DNA of 39,585 nucleotides from an uncultured Candidatus Saccharibacteria bacterium (GCA_964556075.1 CAZKUV010000001.1:1-39585), one strand, 5' to 3'. Positions 1-8,894 are shown, counted from the stretch's first letter. Made by a program: numbers and translations. Notes: generated by a model not told the origin, from the letters alone.

Positions 1-504
1 GAACAGCCCAAACTTACCGTCTTTGAATTCCCACGACACCGCGCCCTGTAGCACGTTACCCTGATTAATCGCCTTCGCGACGTAAAATGTCTTTTCCGGA
101 TGGTCCCTATGCGTAAATCGGGCAATAATACCCTTCATTCGCTTGAACTCGTGTTCTTCTTCGCTGAATTCAACGATATCGCTACGCTCATGCTCGATGA
201 GATGGATTAGCGTCTCCGCTCGGCCGACTATCGCGAGCTTGGTATATAGCAACACTCCCTGCTCGGCCTCGCTCATTTCGAACTCACGGACGCTCAGTCC
301 AGTACCAGCTCCGAGATTCACTTCGTTGATAACGTCAAGAAGAAAGAGCGGCTTTACCTGGGCGTCCAGATTGCTCATGAGCGACGTCGAAAACGGCGTG
401 TAGTTTTTATTGAAAAGGAAAAACTCGACGTCGAGCTCGTCCTTAATTGCATCAGTCTGATTTGCCCACAAAAAAATATCCGTCGTTTCTTCCGCTGGTT
501 CCAT
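1..504 (-). CDS. hypothetical protein, N-terminal 168 aa (gene runs off the left edge of the window)
   Basis: Absent from the ORF track because it has no stop inside the window. A reverse-strand ATG at 504-502 opens a frame that stays open to base 1 (MEPAEETTDIFLWANQTDAIKDELDVEFFLFNKNY...FYVAKAINQGNVLQGAVSWEFKDGKFGLF), and an in-frame TAA lies 8 codons upstream of the ATG. I cannot name a family with certainty. Confidence 0.55.
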   Translation of the reverse strand, partial: MEPAEETTDIFLWANQTDAIKDELDVEFFLFNKNYTPFSTSLMSNLDAQVKPLFLLDVINEVNLGAGTGLSVREFEMSEAEQGVLLYTKLAIVGRAETLIHLIEHERSDIVEFSEEEHEFKRMKGIIARFTHRDHPEKTFYVAKAINQGNVLQGAVSWEFKDGKFGLF

Positions 505-581
505 GTTATGTTCCGTGTTAGCTACTAATTACTTCATGTAATTGTATCGTACTTGTCACCTCACCAAAAGACGGATGTATA

Positions 582-1568
582 CTATTTTTCCCAGTCGAAT
601 CCGTGACCGAAGTGCCCGTAGCGAGCGGTCTGCTCGTACATCGGTCGCAGCAAATCGAGCGTCTGGATAATCCCTCGCGGCGTCAGATCATATCCAGTTA
701 CAGGTTCGGGAACCCCATCGATAATCACGGTCGCCTCTAGCGGTTCGGCCACGCCAATGGCATACGCCAGACGCGTATACACCTCCTTGGAGCCCGGCCG
801 TGAACGGAGAAAATCGACGGCGATACGCCGGGCCATGTACGCGGCGCTCCGATCAACTTTGCTTGGATCCTTACCGCTAAACGCTCCACCCCCGACAGGT
901 ATACGCGGTCCGTAGTTATCGACGGCGAGCTTACGCCCGGTTAAACCGGCGTCAGCGTCAAATCCGCCGAGTTGCCAATCCCCTGCCGGGTTTAAAAAGA
1001 GTTGAGGTGAGGAATCGTTCGTCTTTGTATACGTCTGACTTGACGCCCACTCCCTAACCGCCGCTTCGAGCTCGGTCCGAGCCGCGTTCTGGAAACTCGC
1101 AACGATGCTGACTATGTCCCCGTCTCGAACCGTCACCTGGGTCTTGCCGTCAAACGGCCAGCGTGCGAACAAGAACTGGTTTAACGCCCGCGACATGGCG
1201 ACTTCGAGCGGTAACATCTCTGGAGTCTCACTGGTCGCGTACCCCACCATTATCCCCTGGTCTCCCGCTCCGCCGGTATCGACACCGGCAGCTATTTCCG
1301 GACTTTGACTGGCGATATGAACTATCACATCAACGTCCCCGGCGATTCGCCTAACGATAGCCTCGACGTCAACCGATGCTGCTCGCGAAGTAACTTCCCC
1401 GGTCACAAACACTTTGCCGTGACCGCCAGCGACGTCTACCGCGACCCTAGCGAGCGGATCTTCGGTTAGGTGGGCGTCGAGCACCGCGTCCGAAATCTGG
1501 TCGCACAGCTTATCCGGATGTTTCGGACTCACGCTTTCGGCGGTTCGGTATTCATTGGTAACAGACAT
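582..1568 (-). CDS. metK: S-adenosylmethionine synthetase, compact 328-aa form
   Basis: MetK motifs are present: ESVSPKHPDKLCDQISDAVLD, GAGDQGIMVGYA and GGGAFSGKDPSKVDRSAAYMARR. I prefer the ATG at 1568 (MSVTNEY...) over the track start at 1586, because an AGGAG SD (1577-1581) sits 8 nt upstream of it and lies inside the longer ORF. Confidence 0.93.
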   Translation of the reverse strand: MSVTNEYRTAESVSPKHPDKLCDQISDAVLDAHLTEDPLARVAVDVAGGHGKVFVTGEVTSRAASVDVEAIVRRIAGDVDVIVHIASQSPEIAAGVDTGGAGDQGIMVGYATSETPEMLPLEVAMSRALNQFLFARWPFDGKTQVTVRDGDIVSIVASFQNAARTELEAAVREWASSQTYTKTNDSSPQLFLNPAGDWQLGGFDADAGLTGRKLAVDNYGPRIPVGGGAFSGKDPSKVDRSAAYMARRIAVDFLRSRPGSKEVYTRLAYAIGVAEPLEATVIIDGVPEPVTGYDLTPRGIIQTLDLLRPMYEQTARYGHFGHGFDWEK

Positions 1569-1722
1569 ATAAAAAACTCCTTTCATCTGCCCCGAGACTC
1601 AAGGAGTATTGATACGACGACGCATCTTTCCTGAGACTCAGGCTGGAATTGGCACCTTGCGACTCTGGCAGGTTGCCGTCTGGGTCAGCGGGCCAGTCCC
1701 TCGCCAGACTCTTGATACTTAC
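1569..1722 (-). promoter_or_regulatory. SAM-I (S-box) riboswitch in the metK leader
   Basis: The minus-strand RNA reads AAGUAUCAAGAGUCUGGCGAGGGACUGGCCCGCUGACCCAGACGGCAACCUGCCAGAGUCGCAAGGUGCCAAUUCCAGCCUGAGUCUCAGGAAAGAUGCG. This matches the S-box consensus blocks UAUCAAGAG, GAGGGAcUGGCCC, GCAACC, GGUGCCAAUUCC and GAAAGAUG. Downstream, ACUCCUU (1601-1607) pairs with AAGGAGU (1576-1582, the SD) and is followed by a U-run. Confidence 0.85.
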
Positions 1723-1735
1723 TTGTTATGTACTA

Positions 1736-1764
1736 ATGATACCGTGGCTCCTACTCTTTGCCAA
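1736..1764 (-). promoter_or_regulatory. putative sigma70-type promoter for the riboswitch-metK transcript
   Basis: Minus strand: TTGGCA (1764-1759), a 17-nt spacer, then TATCAT (1741-1736). It lies just upstream of the riboswitch P1 helix. Confidence 0.5.
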
Positions 1765-1769
1765 GTTTT

Positions 1770-2301
1770 CTAACTCATGAGGGTATCATACCCATCAGTC
1801 ACTTCCATGGTTCGGTCAATACCAAAGCGTTCAAACACTCCCCATAACTCCTCGGTCACCTGTGCGTAATCGGCGTCCTCTGTGACAAGCATTTCCGCTT
1901 CGACGAAGTCTCCCAACTCTTCGACCCTATCTAGACACAGCTCGATAGCGTCAAATCTGGCCTTCCGACTGGTTTTCGTAACTTCGACGTAGAGACGACA
2001 ATCAAGCTCTTCGATGATGCGGCTCATGTCGCCAGCAGAATCGACAGCAGTTTCGTATTCAATGCTGTCAAGCTACCCGCCTACGGAATGTTTGAAGGTG
2101 AACAGGGTCCGCTCATTCTGCCCGGTAGTTTCGGTTCTGAGTCGTAACCACGGAGCGCTAGGGTCGGTTTAGTGACCCCCTTTTACTCCAGACGACTCAT
2201 GCTGTGATACCGCTTCGGAGCCGGTCGCGCCACTCTGTAGTAACTCGTCTACCATAGAGACGAGGTTTTCGATTCGAGCCTTGATTTTTAATTTCTCTCA
2301 C
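1770..2301 (-). pseudogene. CYTH-domain (class IV adenylyl cyclase / triphosphatase-like) gene, disrupted
   Basis: The 85-aa ORF 1770-2027 is only the C-terminal half of a CYTH fold (LDRVEELGDFVEAEM...GYDTL). The same frame continues upstream through an in-frame TAG (2075-2073) and TAA (2171-2169), giving WLRLRTETTGQNERTLFTFKHSVGG and KIKARIENLVSMVDELLQSG. A GTG at 2301-2299 (GTGA overlap with the rnhA stop) would give MREIK but is 1 nt out of frame across the A5 run at 2289-2285. Confidence 0.75.
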
Positions 2302-2717
2302 AATCGGGCGCCTTCCCTAGCCTTGTTCGCCCACTCGTCCGCCAGAATATTTCCAGCATCGTCGGCGTGCCCACGCACCCAGACGAGCTTCGCATTGCTG
2401 TTTTTATACAGCGAATAGACTTCTTGAACAATATCCAGGTTTTTAATGTCGCCGCCCTTCTTCTTCCACCCGTTCTTTTCCCAGTTAGGCGCCCACACGG
2501 TGATGACATTCACCCAGAACTGACTGTCGGTGTAAATCAGGCATTCTTGACCGGCCGCATAATGAATGGCAGCGATTATCGCCTTGCCTTCCATGCGGAT
2601 ATTGGTCGTGTCGCCTGGCTCGCTGCCAAGCACGACCGGTTGTTCGTTTAAAATCACAGCAAACCCGCCGGGACCGGGATTGGGACTGGCGCTGCCGTCA
2701 GTGTAATAGGTTATCAT
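2298..2717 (-). CDS. rnhA: ribonuclease HI
   Basis: RNase H motifs are present: YTDGSA, TNIRMEGKAIIAAI, YTDSQF and RGHADDAGNILADEWAN. Confidence 0.9.
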   Translation of the reverse strand: MITYYTDGSASPNPGPGGFAVILNEQPVVLGSEPGDTTNIRMEGKAIIAAIHYAAGQECLIYTDSQFWVNVITVWAPNWEKNGWKKKGGDIKNLDIVQEVYSLYKNSNAKLVWVRGHADDAGNILADEWANKAREGARL

Positions 2718-2741
2718 TCCTTTAGTATACAGGTTTTTAAA

Positions 2742-3353
2742 CTAGCGAGCAGGACCGATGTCGTAGAGTGTTTCAGCCAACTCCTGGCAACTCAAGTGAT
2801 CAGTACTGACTCCATTTTGACGAGCTATCAGATATCCTTCGATTACCCGAGCGATTCTCGTGGCGTCGCTCCGCCAGAATCGATCGACCTCGAAGTGGTC
2901 AACCGTGCTCATGACTCGGCTGGCCAGCGTGACGGAACCGAACATCGGACCGACCGACGCAGAGACATTTAAAATGTCCTCGACGCGGATTGAGATGACG
3001 TCCGAAGACCAGATAAAGGCGTGCTTTATTATAGTGACTTTCGTCCTGTCGAGGATAATTTCGTGCGGGAATAAAAATGGCAGGACTGTTTTCGCGCTCG
3101 ATATCACCTCATGGGAATGCGCGACGACCTGCTTTAAATCGTCGATATCATCGACTCGGGTGGGTGAGCGACCAATCCGTTGGCCGAACGCCTGGCGGGC
3201 TGATTGCCCTGCTTCGTTGACCGCTCTCGTTGCGGCCTCCCCTAGCTTTCTGCTTTGGCGAATGAGAGTGTCATAGGTAGCCCGCGTCCGCTGACGCATC
3301 AACGACGTACGGTGTGAACGTTGCTCCGAATTGTCCGTACCGTGACTCGCCAT
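2742..3353 (-). CDS. hypothetical protein with a bacterial PH-like (YdbS/bPH_2-like) C-terminal region
   Basis: The ORF is 203 aa with an AGGGGGG SD 4 nt upstream of the ATG. The segment ILDRTKVTIIKHAFIWSSDVISIRVEDILNVSASVGPMFGSVTL resembles bPH domains (from memory). Confidence 0.65.
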   Translation of the reverse strand: MASHGTDNSEQRSHRTSLMRQRTRATYDTLIRQSRKLGEAATRAVNEAGQSARQAFGQRIGRSPTRVDDIDDLKQVVAHSHEVISSAKTVLPFLFPHEIILDRTKVTIIKHAFIWSSDVISIRVEDILNVSASVGPMFGSVTLASRVMSTVDHFEVDRFWRSDATRIARVIEGYLIARQNGVSTDHLSCQELAETLYDIGPAR

Positions 3354-3424
3354 GGCAACCCCCCTATGGTTAGTCCTGTACCTATTATATGACTGCCCGC
3401 AAGGGGTGGCAAGCCGACCCCTGA

Positions 3425-3928
3425 TTACACGTCCCGGATCGGATGTATCGGTCGAAGCTCCTCCACCTCGTAGATACCTCTCGAATCATGATGGTATTCC
3501 ACGTGGTAGTCGGCCTCGAAATAATCACCGGTGTCGCGGGTTTTATAGCGGAGCGTAGCTTTGCGATGACTATCATCAGTCAGCGCGCTTCCCTTGTATA
3601 TAAGGATTTCCCTCCCTTCACCCGGCATAAGAATCCGATCGGTTTCCGTCGTCACTCCCGCGATGGTGATTTTGTCGAGTTCGATCTCGACTGCCGATCG
3701 ATTGGTCGCCCACACTCTCACTTCCATATGAGGTTCGTCGATATGCGACTTTACATGGGCAATCTCGATCTCGGGAAGAATCTTTCTCCCGGACGTGTCG
3801 ACGGACGCCGCTACTGGAGTCTCCCCGACCGGAGGCATGGTAGTTTCCTGCGACTGGCTTTCGGGCGATTGCGGCTCGAACACCGGCCTTCCCTGTATCA
3901 CCTTGATAAGTCCGCTCCAAAATCCCAT
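3425..3928 (-). CDS. hypothetical protein
   Basis: The ORF is 167 aa with an AAGGAGGG SD upstream. I recognise no family. Confidence 0.6.
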   Translation of the reverse strand: MGFWSGLIKVIQGRPVFEPQSPESQSQETTMPPVGETPVAASVDTSGRKILPEIEIAHVKSHIDEPHMEVRVWATNRSAVEIELDKITIAGVTTETDRILMPGEGREILIYKGSALTDDSHRKATLRYKTRDTGDYFEADYHVEYHHDSRGIYEVEELRPIHPIRDV

Positions 3929-3961
3929 CCTAGCTTAGCCCTCCTTTTTCGAAATTACGCA

Positions 3962-4345
3962 CTAGGCGCCGTTACGTGGAATCGCCATCAGATCGATATC
4001 GAAGACAAGATCGCTATTGGCGGGAATATTCGGCGCCGGGCTGTTTGATCCGTACGCTTGGTCGGCTGGAATAATAAGCCTCCTCGTGCCGCCCACTTTC
4101 ATACCGGGAACCCCATCGGTCCACCCTTTGATGACTTGATTAAGACTAAAGGTAACCGCTTCGCCGAAATCATGGCTGCTTTGGAAAATCTTGCCGTTTT
4201 TGACGAGCGCCCCCGTGTAATGCGCGGTCACCGACGCGCCAGGCTTCACTTCTTCGCCAGTACCAACTTCGATATCTATGATTTCAAGCTGATCGACGCT
4301 GTCTCTCGGCTCAAAGTTTGGCAGTTTGGTTCCTTCGTATTTCAC
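3962..4345 (-). CDS. FKBP-type peptidyl-prolyl cis-trans isomerase
   Basis: FKBP motifs are present: VTAHYTGALVKNGKIFQSS, FSLNQVIKGWTDGVPGMKVGGTRRLIIPADQAYG and LVFDIDL. Confidence 0.9.
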   Translation of the reverse strand: MKYEGTKLPNFEPRDSVDQLEIIDIEVGTGEEVKPGASVTAHYTGALVKNGKIFQSSHDFGEAVTFSLNQVIKGWTDGVPGMKVGGTRRLIIPADQAYGSNSPAPNIPANSDLVFDIDLMAIPRNGA

Positions 4346-4437
4346 CTTTCCCTCCTTATGGTTTTCGTATCGTCAGGAATTTGTCCGTGCTCCGCTCGGC
4401 GCACGAACCCTCCTTAGTTATGCTTCTCGTCCAAACA

Positions 4438-5784
4438 CTACAGCTCCTCGATGGTTACTCGTCGCTGCTCAGTCGTATCACGGTCACGAATCGTCACCGT
4501 GCCGTCGCCTTCGATCGTCTCAAAGTCGACAACGATACAATACGGCGTCCCGATTTCGTCCTGGCGACGGTAGCGCTTCCCGATATTACCGTTATCATCC
4601 CACATCACCGCGCCATACTTCTGCTTGACATGTGCGTAGACTTCTCGCGCCTTCTCAACTAGTTCCGGTTTATTCTTCAGAAGCGGCGACACCGCAAAGC
4701 GGACGGGAGCCAAATGTTCTGGGAACTTCATCACGATGCGCTTCTCGCTATTTACCTCGTCCTCGGTATATGCCGTCGATAAGACCGCCATAATTACACG
4801 CTCGACGCCGAAGCTCGGCTCGATCACGTGCGGCACGAACCGCTCGTTCGTTCCTGTGACGATATATTCCATCGACCTGCCGCTGTGCTCCTGTATATTG
4901 TTCAAATCGAAATCGGTTCTATACGCGATGCCCATCAGCTCCTCGCGTCCGATTGGGTAGTCGAATTCGAAGTCGATAGTACGCTTGCTGTAGTGCGCGC
5001 GGTCCTCTTCGGGTACCTCGAACTCGTGAACACTGCTTTCGGGTAGGCCGAGCGCCCTAAACCACTCCCTACAAAGACCAACCCATTTATCAAACTCGGC
5101 CTCCCAATTGTCGGGACGAATAAAGTACTCGATTTCCATCTGCTCGAACTCGCGCGATCGAAAAACGAAATCGCGCGGCGAAATCTCGTTACGGAACGCC
5201 TTGCCCTGCTGCGCTATACCGAATGGAAGATCGGGATAAAAGCTGTCGACGATATTTCGGTAATTCGTAAAGATACCCTGAGCAGTCTCAGGCCGTAGAT
5301 AACTTACCGAGGAGTCGTCAGCAATCGGACCGACATGAGTACGAAACATCATGTTAAACGTCCGAGACGGGCTCAAAGGATTGCCATCAGGACTTGTAAT
5401 TCCCTTCTCGGCTATCACCGCGTCCATCTGTTCCATAGTCATGCCGTCGGGATCAATACCGTTATCCTTTAAGATATGGTCGGTGCGGTACCGACGCTTG
5501 TTAACCGTATCTTCGCAGAGCGGATCAACGAACGTATCGACGTGACCGCTCGCTTGCCAAACCTTTTGGTTCATCAATATCGCCGAGTCGACGCCGTACA
5601 TGTCATCGCGCCCATCAACGAACATCTGCCACCAGAGGTTCATAATATTCCGTTTGAGAGCAACGCCGAGCGGACCGTAGTCCCAGGTGCCGCTCAGCCC
5701 GCCATAGACGTCACTACCCTGGAAAATAAACCCTCGGCGCTTGGCGAGGCTAACTATTTGGTCCATTCTGGTTTCTTCATTCAT
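4438..5784 (-). CDS. glyQS: glycine--tRNA ligase (dimeric GlyQS type)
   Basis: The N-terminus MDQIVSLAKRRGFIFQGSDVYGGLSGTWDYGPLG and class II motifs fit GlyRS. The track ORF starts at a GTG (5817). I prefer the ATG at 5784 (MNEETRMDQ...), which has a GGAG about 10 nt upstream. Confidence 0.92.
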   Translation of the reverse strand: MNEETRMDQIVSLAKRRGFIFQGSDVYGGLSGTWDYGPLGVALKRNIMNLWWQMFVDGRDDMYGVDSAILMNQKVWQASGHVDTFVDPLCEDTVNKRRYRTDHILKDNGIDPDGMTMEQMDAVIAEKGITSPDGNPLSPSRTFNMMFRTHVGPIADDSSVSYLRPETAQGIFTNYRNIVDSFYPDLPFGIAQQGKAFRNEISPRDFVFRSREFEQMEIEYFIRPDNWEAEFDKWVGLCREWFRALGLPESSVHEFEVPEEDRAHYSKRTIDFEFDYPIGREELMGIAYRTDFDLNNIQEHSGRSMEYIVTGTNERFVPHVIEPSFGVERVIMAVLSTAYTEDEVNSEKRIVMKFPEHLAPVRFAVSPLLKNKPELVEKAREVYAHVKQKYGAVMWDDNGNIGKRYRRQDEIGTPYCIVVDFETIEGDGTVTIRDRDTTEQRRVTIEEL

Positions 5785-5873
5785 GACGGTCTTACTCCAT
5801 AGTCTGTTCGGGAGCACTCAACATCGGTCAATACGGAATCTTTCATTACTACGTTCAATTGTACCAGATTCAG

Positions 5874-6551
5874 CTAAATACTGGCATGCTGCCGAGCGGT
5901 AAGCAGACAAACCGCGAGTATCGGGTCGAGTCCGCTGATTTGGTTGAGCACGCGAATCGGCTTCACGCTGGCAAGCCGGAGCAACTTGACATGGTCCGAA
6001 CCGATGTCCCCAGAGGGCGATGCTCTCAGCCCCTGTTCGCTGACGTCATAGACATAGGTATTATCCGCGGTCAGAGGCGCGCCGGCGACGTCATGACGTA
6101 AGTTCAAAGCGTGACCGAGTAAATCAGCGTATCTCAGATAGAACCACGTTTCGGTGAGACGAAGCGGAATGCCGTTCTCATCAAGCGCGGCCAGCACTTC
6201 GGCGAGCACGTCGAACCATTCTGGCTCATCGATTGTCTCGCTCGCGCGCGCGACCTGTTTGACCGCCTCGTAGGCGAACTGGAGCCGATCATAGTCCTGA
6301 AGGATATGCCGAAAGAATACCTCCAGCCGCGCGGACGTGAGAATACCAAGCTCCCCTTTGCCATCAGCAACGACCACATCGCTAATGGCAAACAACTCAA
6401 TGCCACCAGCCAGTCGGCTTTTCTCTCGACGGACGCCACGCGCGAGCACCGACTTCCTGCCAACAGGAGTCAATAGTTGCAAAACTCGATCCGCCTCACC
6501 GTAGTTGGTACGACGTAGCACGATTGCTTTGGTGCGACTGCTCTTCGTCAT
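5874..6551 (-). CDS. recO: DNA repair protein RecO
   Basis: The N-terminal OB-fold signature AIVLRRTNYGEADRVLQLLTPVGRKSVLARGVRR is present. The start overlaps the upstream stop by 4 nt. Confidence 0.85.
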   Translation of the reverse strand: MTKSSRTKAIVLRRTNYGEADRVLQLLTPVGRKSVLARGVRREKSRLAGGIELFAISDVVVADGKGELGILTSARLEVFFRHILQDYDRLQFAYEAVKQVARASETIDEPEWFDVLAEVLAALDENGIPLRLTETWFYLRYADLLGHALNLRHDVAGAPLTADNTYVYDVSEQGLRASPSGDIGSDHVKLLRLASVKPIRVLNQISGLDPILAVCLLTARQHASI

Positions 6552-6925
6552 ATCAATACCCTCCGGACCGATGCTACGAGATCGACCGGACGCATACGTC
6601 CCTTGTCGAGCACGTCGACGACGCCGTATTGTTTCAGCTGAGCCGTCGGTAGGTCGGCGGCGCTATTGCTGCAGATTATTACGGGCATCGTCCTCAGGTC
6701 GGCGTACGACTGGATTTCGTGAAGCAGCACGAACGCGTTCGGTCCAGGCAGGAATATGTCCAAAATGATGACGTCCGGCAGCGACTCGTCAATCAGTCCC
6801 ATCGCAGCGATGCCGTCAGCTGCGTACCGAACTAGGTAGCCGGCATCTCCCAGTACCCGCTGGTACTGCTCGGCGAACCACTCGTCGTCCTCTATAACCA
6901 ATACGGTCGGTCGTGTTCGTTTCAT
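6548..6925 (-). CDS. response regulator, receiver domain only
   Basis: Receiver motifs VLVIEDDEW, DVIILDIFLPG and PVIICS are present. At 125 aa there is no output domain. Confidence 0.85.
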   Translation of the reverse strand: MKRTRPTVLVIEDDEWFAEQYQRVLGDAGYLVRYAADGIAAMGLIDESLPDVIILDIFLPGPNAFVLLHEIQSYADLRTMPVIICSNSAADLPTAQLKQYGVVDVLDKGRMRPVDLVASVRRVLI

Positions 6926-7680
6926 AGTAGCTTCAATTGCCGCGACGCGAGCAAATCAACATAAAACGTCGCTCCGTCTCGGTGCCGTTTCGCCCCGATT
7001 GACCCGTTCATCGCTTCCGCGAACTGCCCAGCGATATACAGTCCCAGACCGCTGCTGGCCGGTCGGTTTTGGAGCGGCTGAGGCGCCCGTCCGAGTTGCT
7101 GCTTAATCCGGCGCCACATATCCGTCGGGACGGCCGGTCCGTAGTCTCTCACTCCAATCTTGACCCGCTCGCCTTTTTTAAACGAGGACGCGTGAATAAC
7201 CACCGGGGTGTCGCTCCCGGCATAGTGGAGGGCGTTATCGCCGAAATTAAGCAGTATTCTGCGGAGCAGTTCCCGGTTGGCAACAGCTAGCAGCTGCCGT
7301 CGACCAGTCTCTACCCTGAGTTCCTTGTTCTTGGCTGCAAAGAGTGGAGCGAGTTCGTGCGCTACTTCTTCGCAAAGCTGTTTGGGGTTAAGCGGTTCGA
7401 GTTCGAATAGACTGTCTTCCAGGCGGACACTTCTCGTCAAGTCGCTTGTCAGGCGGATAGCGCGCTCCGAAGTGAGGATAATTTGCCTGATGACGCGCTG
7501 CCGCTCCGCGTGGCTTATACTACCTTGCTCGAGACCGAGTGAAAGCTGCCGGATGAGCGCCAGCGGAGCCTTGAGCTCATGCGCGGCAGCCACAACCAAC
7601 GGCATCGCACCGTCAAAATCGTCCCCTACTGTACCGCTCCCCTTCATACGGATTAGTGTAGCATGAGGGCAGCTAACCAC
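6922..7680 (-). CDS. histidine kinase without a recognisable sensor or TM region
   Basis: The H-box AAAHELKAPLALI lies about 30 aa from the N-terminus. The N box is NFGDNALHY, and G boxes are VRDYGPAVP and SGLGLYIAGQ. The track start is a GTG (7680); an ATG at 7647 is an alternative. Confidence 0.82.
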   Translation of the reverse strand: MVSCPHATLIRMKGSGTVGDDFDGAMPLVVAAAHELKAPLALIRQLSLGLEQGSISHAERQRVIRQIILTSERAIRLTSDLTRSVRLEDSLFELEPLNPKQLCEEVAHELAPLFAAKNKELRVETGRRQLLAVANRELLRRILLNFGDNALHYAGSDTPVVIHASSFKKGERVKIGVRDYGPAVPTDMWRRIKQQLGRAPQPLQNRPASSGLGLYIAGQFAEAMNGSIGAKRHRDGATFYVDLLASRQLKLL

Positions 7681-7698
7681 GCGACCGTAAGAGTAATG

Positions 7699-8376
7699 TT
7701 ACGCGTTGAAATCGACGGTCTTGAGGATATTGTCGAAATCTTCCTTGAAAGTTTCAGCTTCGGTGAAGATTGTCATGGTTTTATCGCGAATCTTAAACAG
7801 TACTGCCGATCCGCGAACGTCTTTGCTGATATTGCCATCGAGTCGCGTGCCGTCGTGACCGTTGACGCTGAATGGACTGCTCCTAAGCTCCCCTTTGGTT
7901 ATGGCCGACTTGTACGAGTCCAAACGCTTACCGTAGTCGATCGTCTCAATAGTGATTCTCAGCGCGTAGCGAGAAGATTTCGAACTGATTGGCGGAACGG
8001 TAATCGGATTAAGGTACGCTGAGTAGCGGTTACCGTTCGTCGTGGTGTCCTGATCGACATAGACGCTCCAGGTCTTCGGATACATGAACGTGAGTCCTCC
8101 GAAATCTTCAGGAGCGGCAAATTCTCGGTTCGGCTCCTTCTCCCGCTCTGCAAACTTCTTTTCTTCGAGTTCGGCCTGTTCCTTCTTCGCCTCGGTTACT
8201 GCGGCGTTAATCTGACCGTCGACGTCAGTCTTCTTTTCGTTGTACTGCGTAAACAGCCAAGCCGACAGACCGGTCAGTCCGACGACGATGACCAAAAGAC
8301 AAATAATAACGATGAGCTGCCCGTTGATAGCTCCGCGCTGCATGGAATGTCGATGTCGTTTCATACTAAGCGTCAT
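7699..8376 (-). CDS. hypothetical membrane-anchored protein
   Basis: There is one N-terminal TM helix (LIVIICLLVIVVGLTGLSAWLF), then a charged coiled segment and a beta-rich domain. I cannot name a family. Confidence 0.65.
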   Translation of the reverse strand: MTLSMKRHRHSMQRGAINGQLIVIICLLVIVVGLTGLSAWLFTQYNEKKTDVDGQINAAVTEAKKEQAELEEKKFAEREKEPNREFAAPEDFGGLTFMYPKTWSVYVDQDTTTNGNRYSAYLNPITVPPISSKSSRYALRITIETIDYGKRLDSYKSAITKGELRSSPFSVNGHDGTRLDGNISKDVRGSAVLFKIRDKTMTIFTEAETFKEDFDNILKTVDFNA

Positions 8377-8381
8377 TATAC

Positions 8382-8894
8382 TTATGCTTCCTTTCCCTGT
8401 AAAGGCTCAATTTGATAGAGATAGTACGCACCGAGCTGCCGAAGAGGCGTCCGTCCAGGAACGTCGAATCCGTAGCTCATAAAATACAGCGGTCGGCCGA
8501 GCAGCGAGGCGGTCTCTTCGACTTTAGCGGCCATCCTGACGATATCCTTCGAATCCCCAAAGGTGTACACGATGGTCGTCTCGGGCGGGAGCGTCGCTCT
8601 CCAGAAGTTCTTGAGATAAATCGTCACGCTGGGGTAGTGACGAGACATAAGCCGGGAAAGCACGACCAGCACAGGGTTAATCTCGTACCCCACCGCAGTT
8701 GCTCCGCGTTTGGCCGCCTCGCGGAGCACGACACCATCACCCGACCCAATATCCACGAGCGTGTCGCCCTGCCCCAAAGGAAAGAGTTCGTCAAACCCCT
8801 GAGACAAGTCCTTTTTCTTACTAGGAACGTAGGGCGCGCCGAAAAAGACCACGAAGCCAAAGACCATAAAGATGAGCAGCGCGACCCAGATCAC
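8382..8894 (-). CDS. class I SAM-dependent methyltransferase with N-terminal TM anchor
   Basis: An N-terminal hydrophobic helix is followed by SAM motif I LVDIGSGDGVV and an acidic motif II (VGYEIN). Confidence 0.78.
   Translation of the reverse strand: MIWVALLIFMVFGFVVFFGAPYVPSKKKDLSQGFDELFPLGQGDTLVDIGSGDGVVLREAAKRGATAVGYEINPVLVVLSRLMSRHYPSVTIYLKNFWRATLPPETTIVYTFGDSKDIVRMAAKVEETASLLGRPLYFMSYGFDVPGRTPLRQLGAYYLYQIEPLQGKEA

Noticed and set aside
4386-4412. Possible terminator hairpin (CGUGC...GCACG) between glyQS and the FKBP gene
   Set aside because: The stem is only 5 bp with a 10-nt loop and no U-tract. It is too weak to call.
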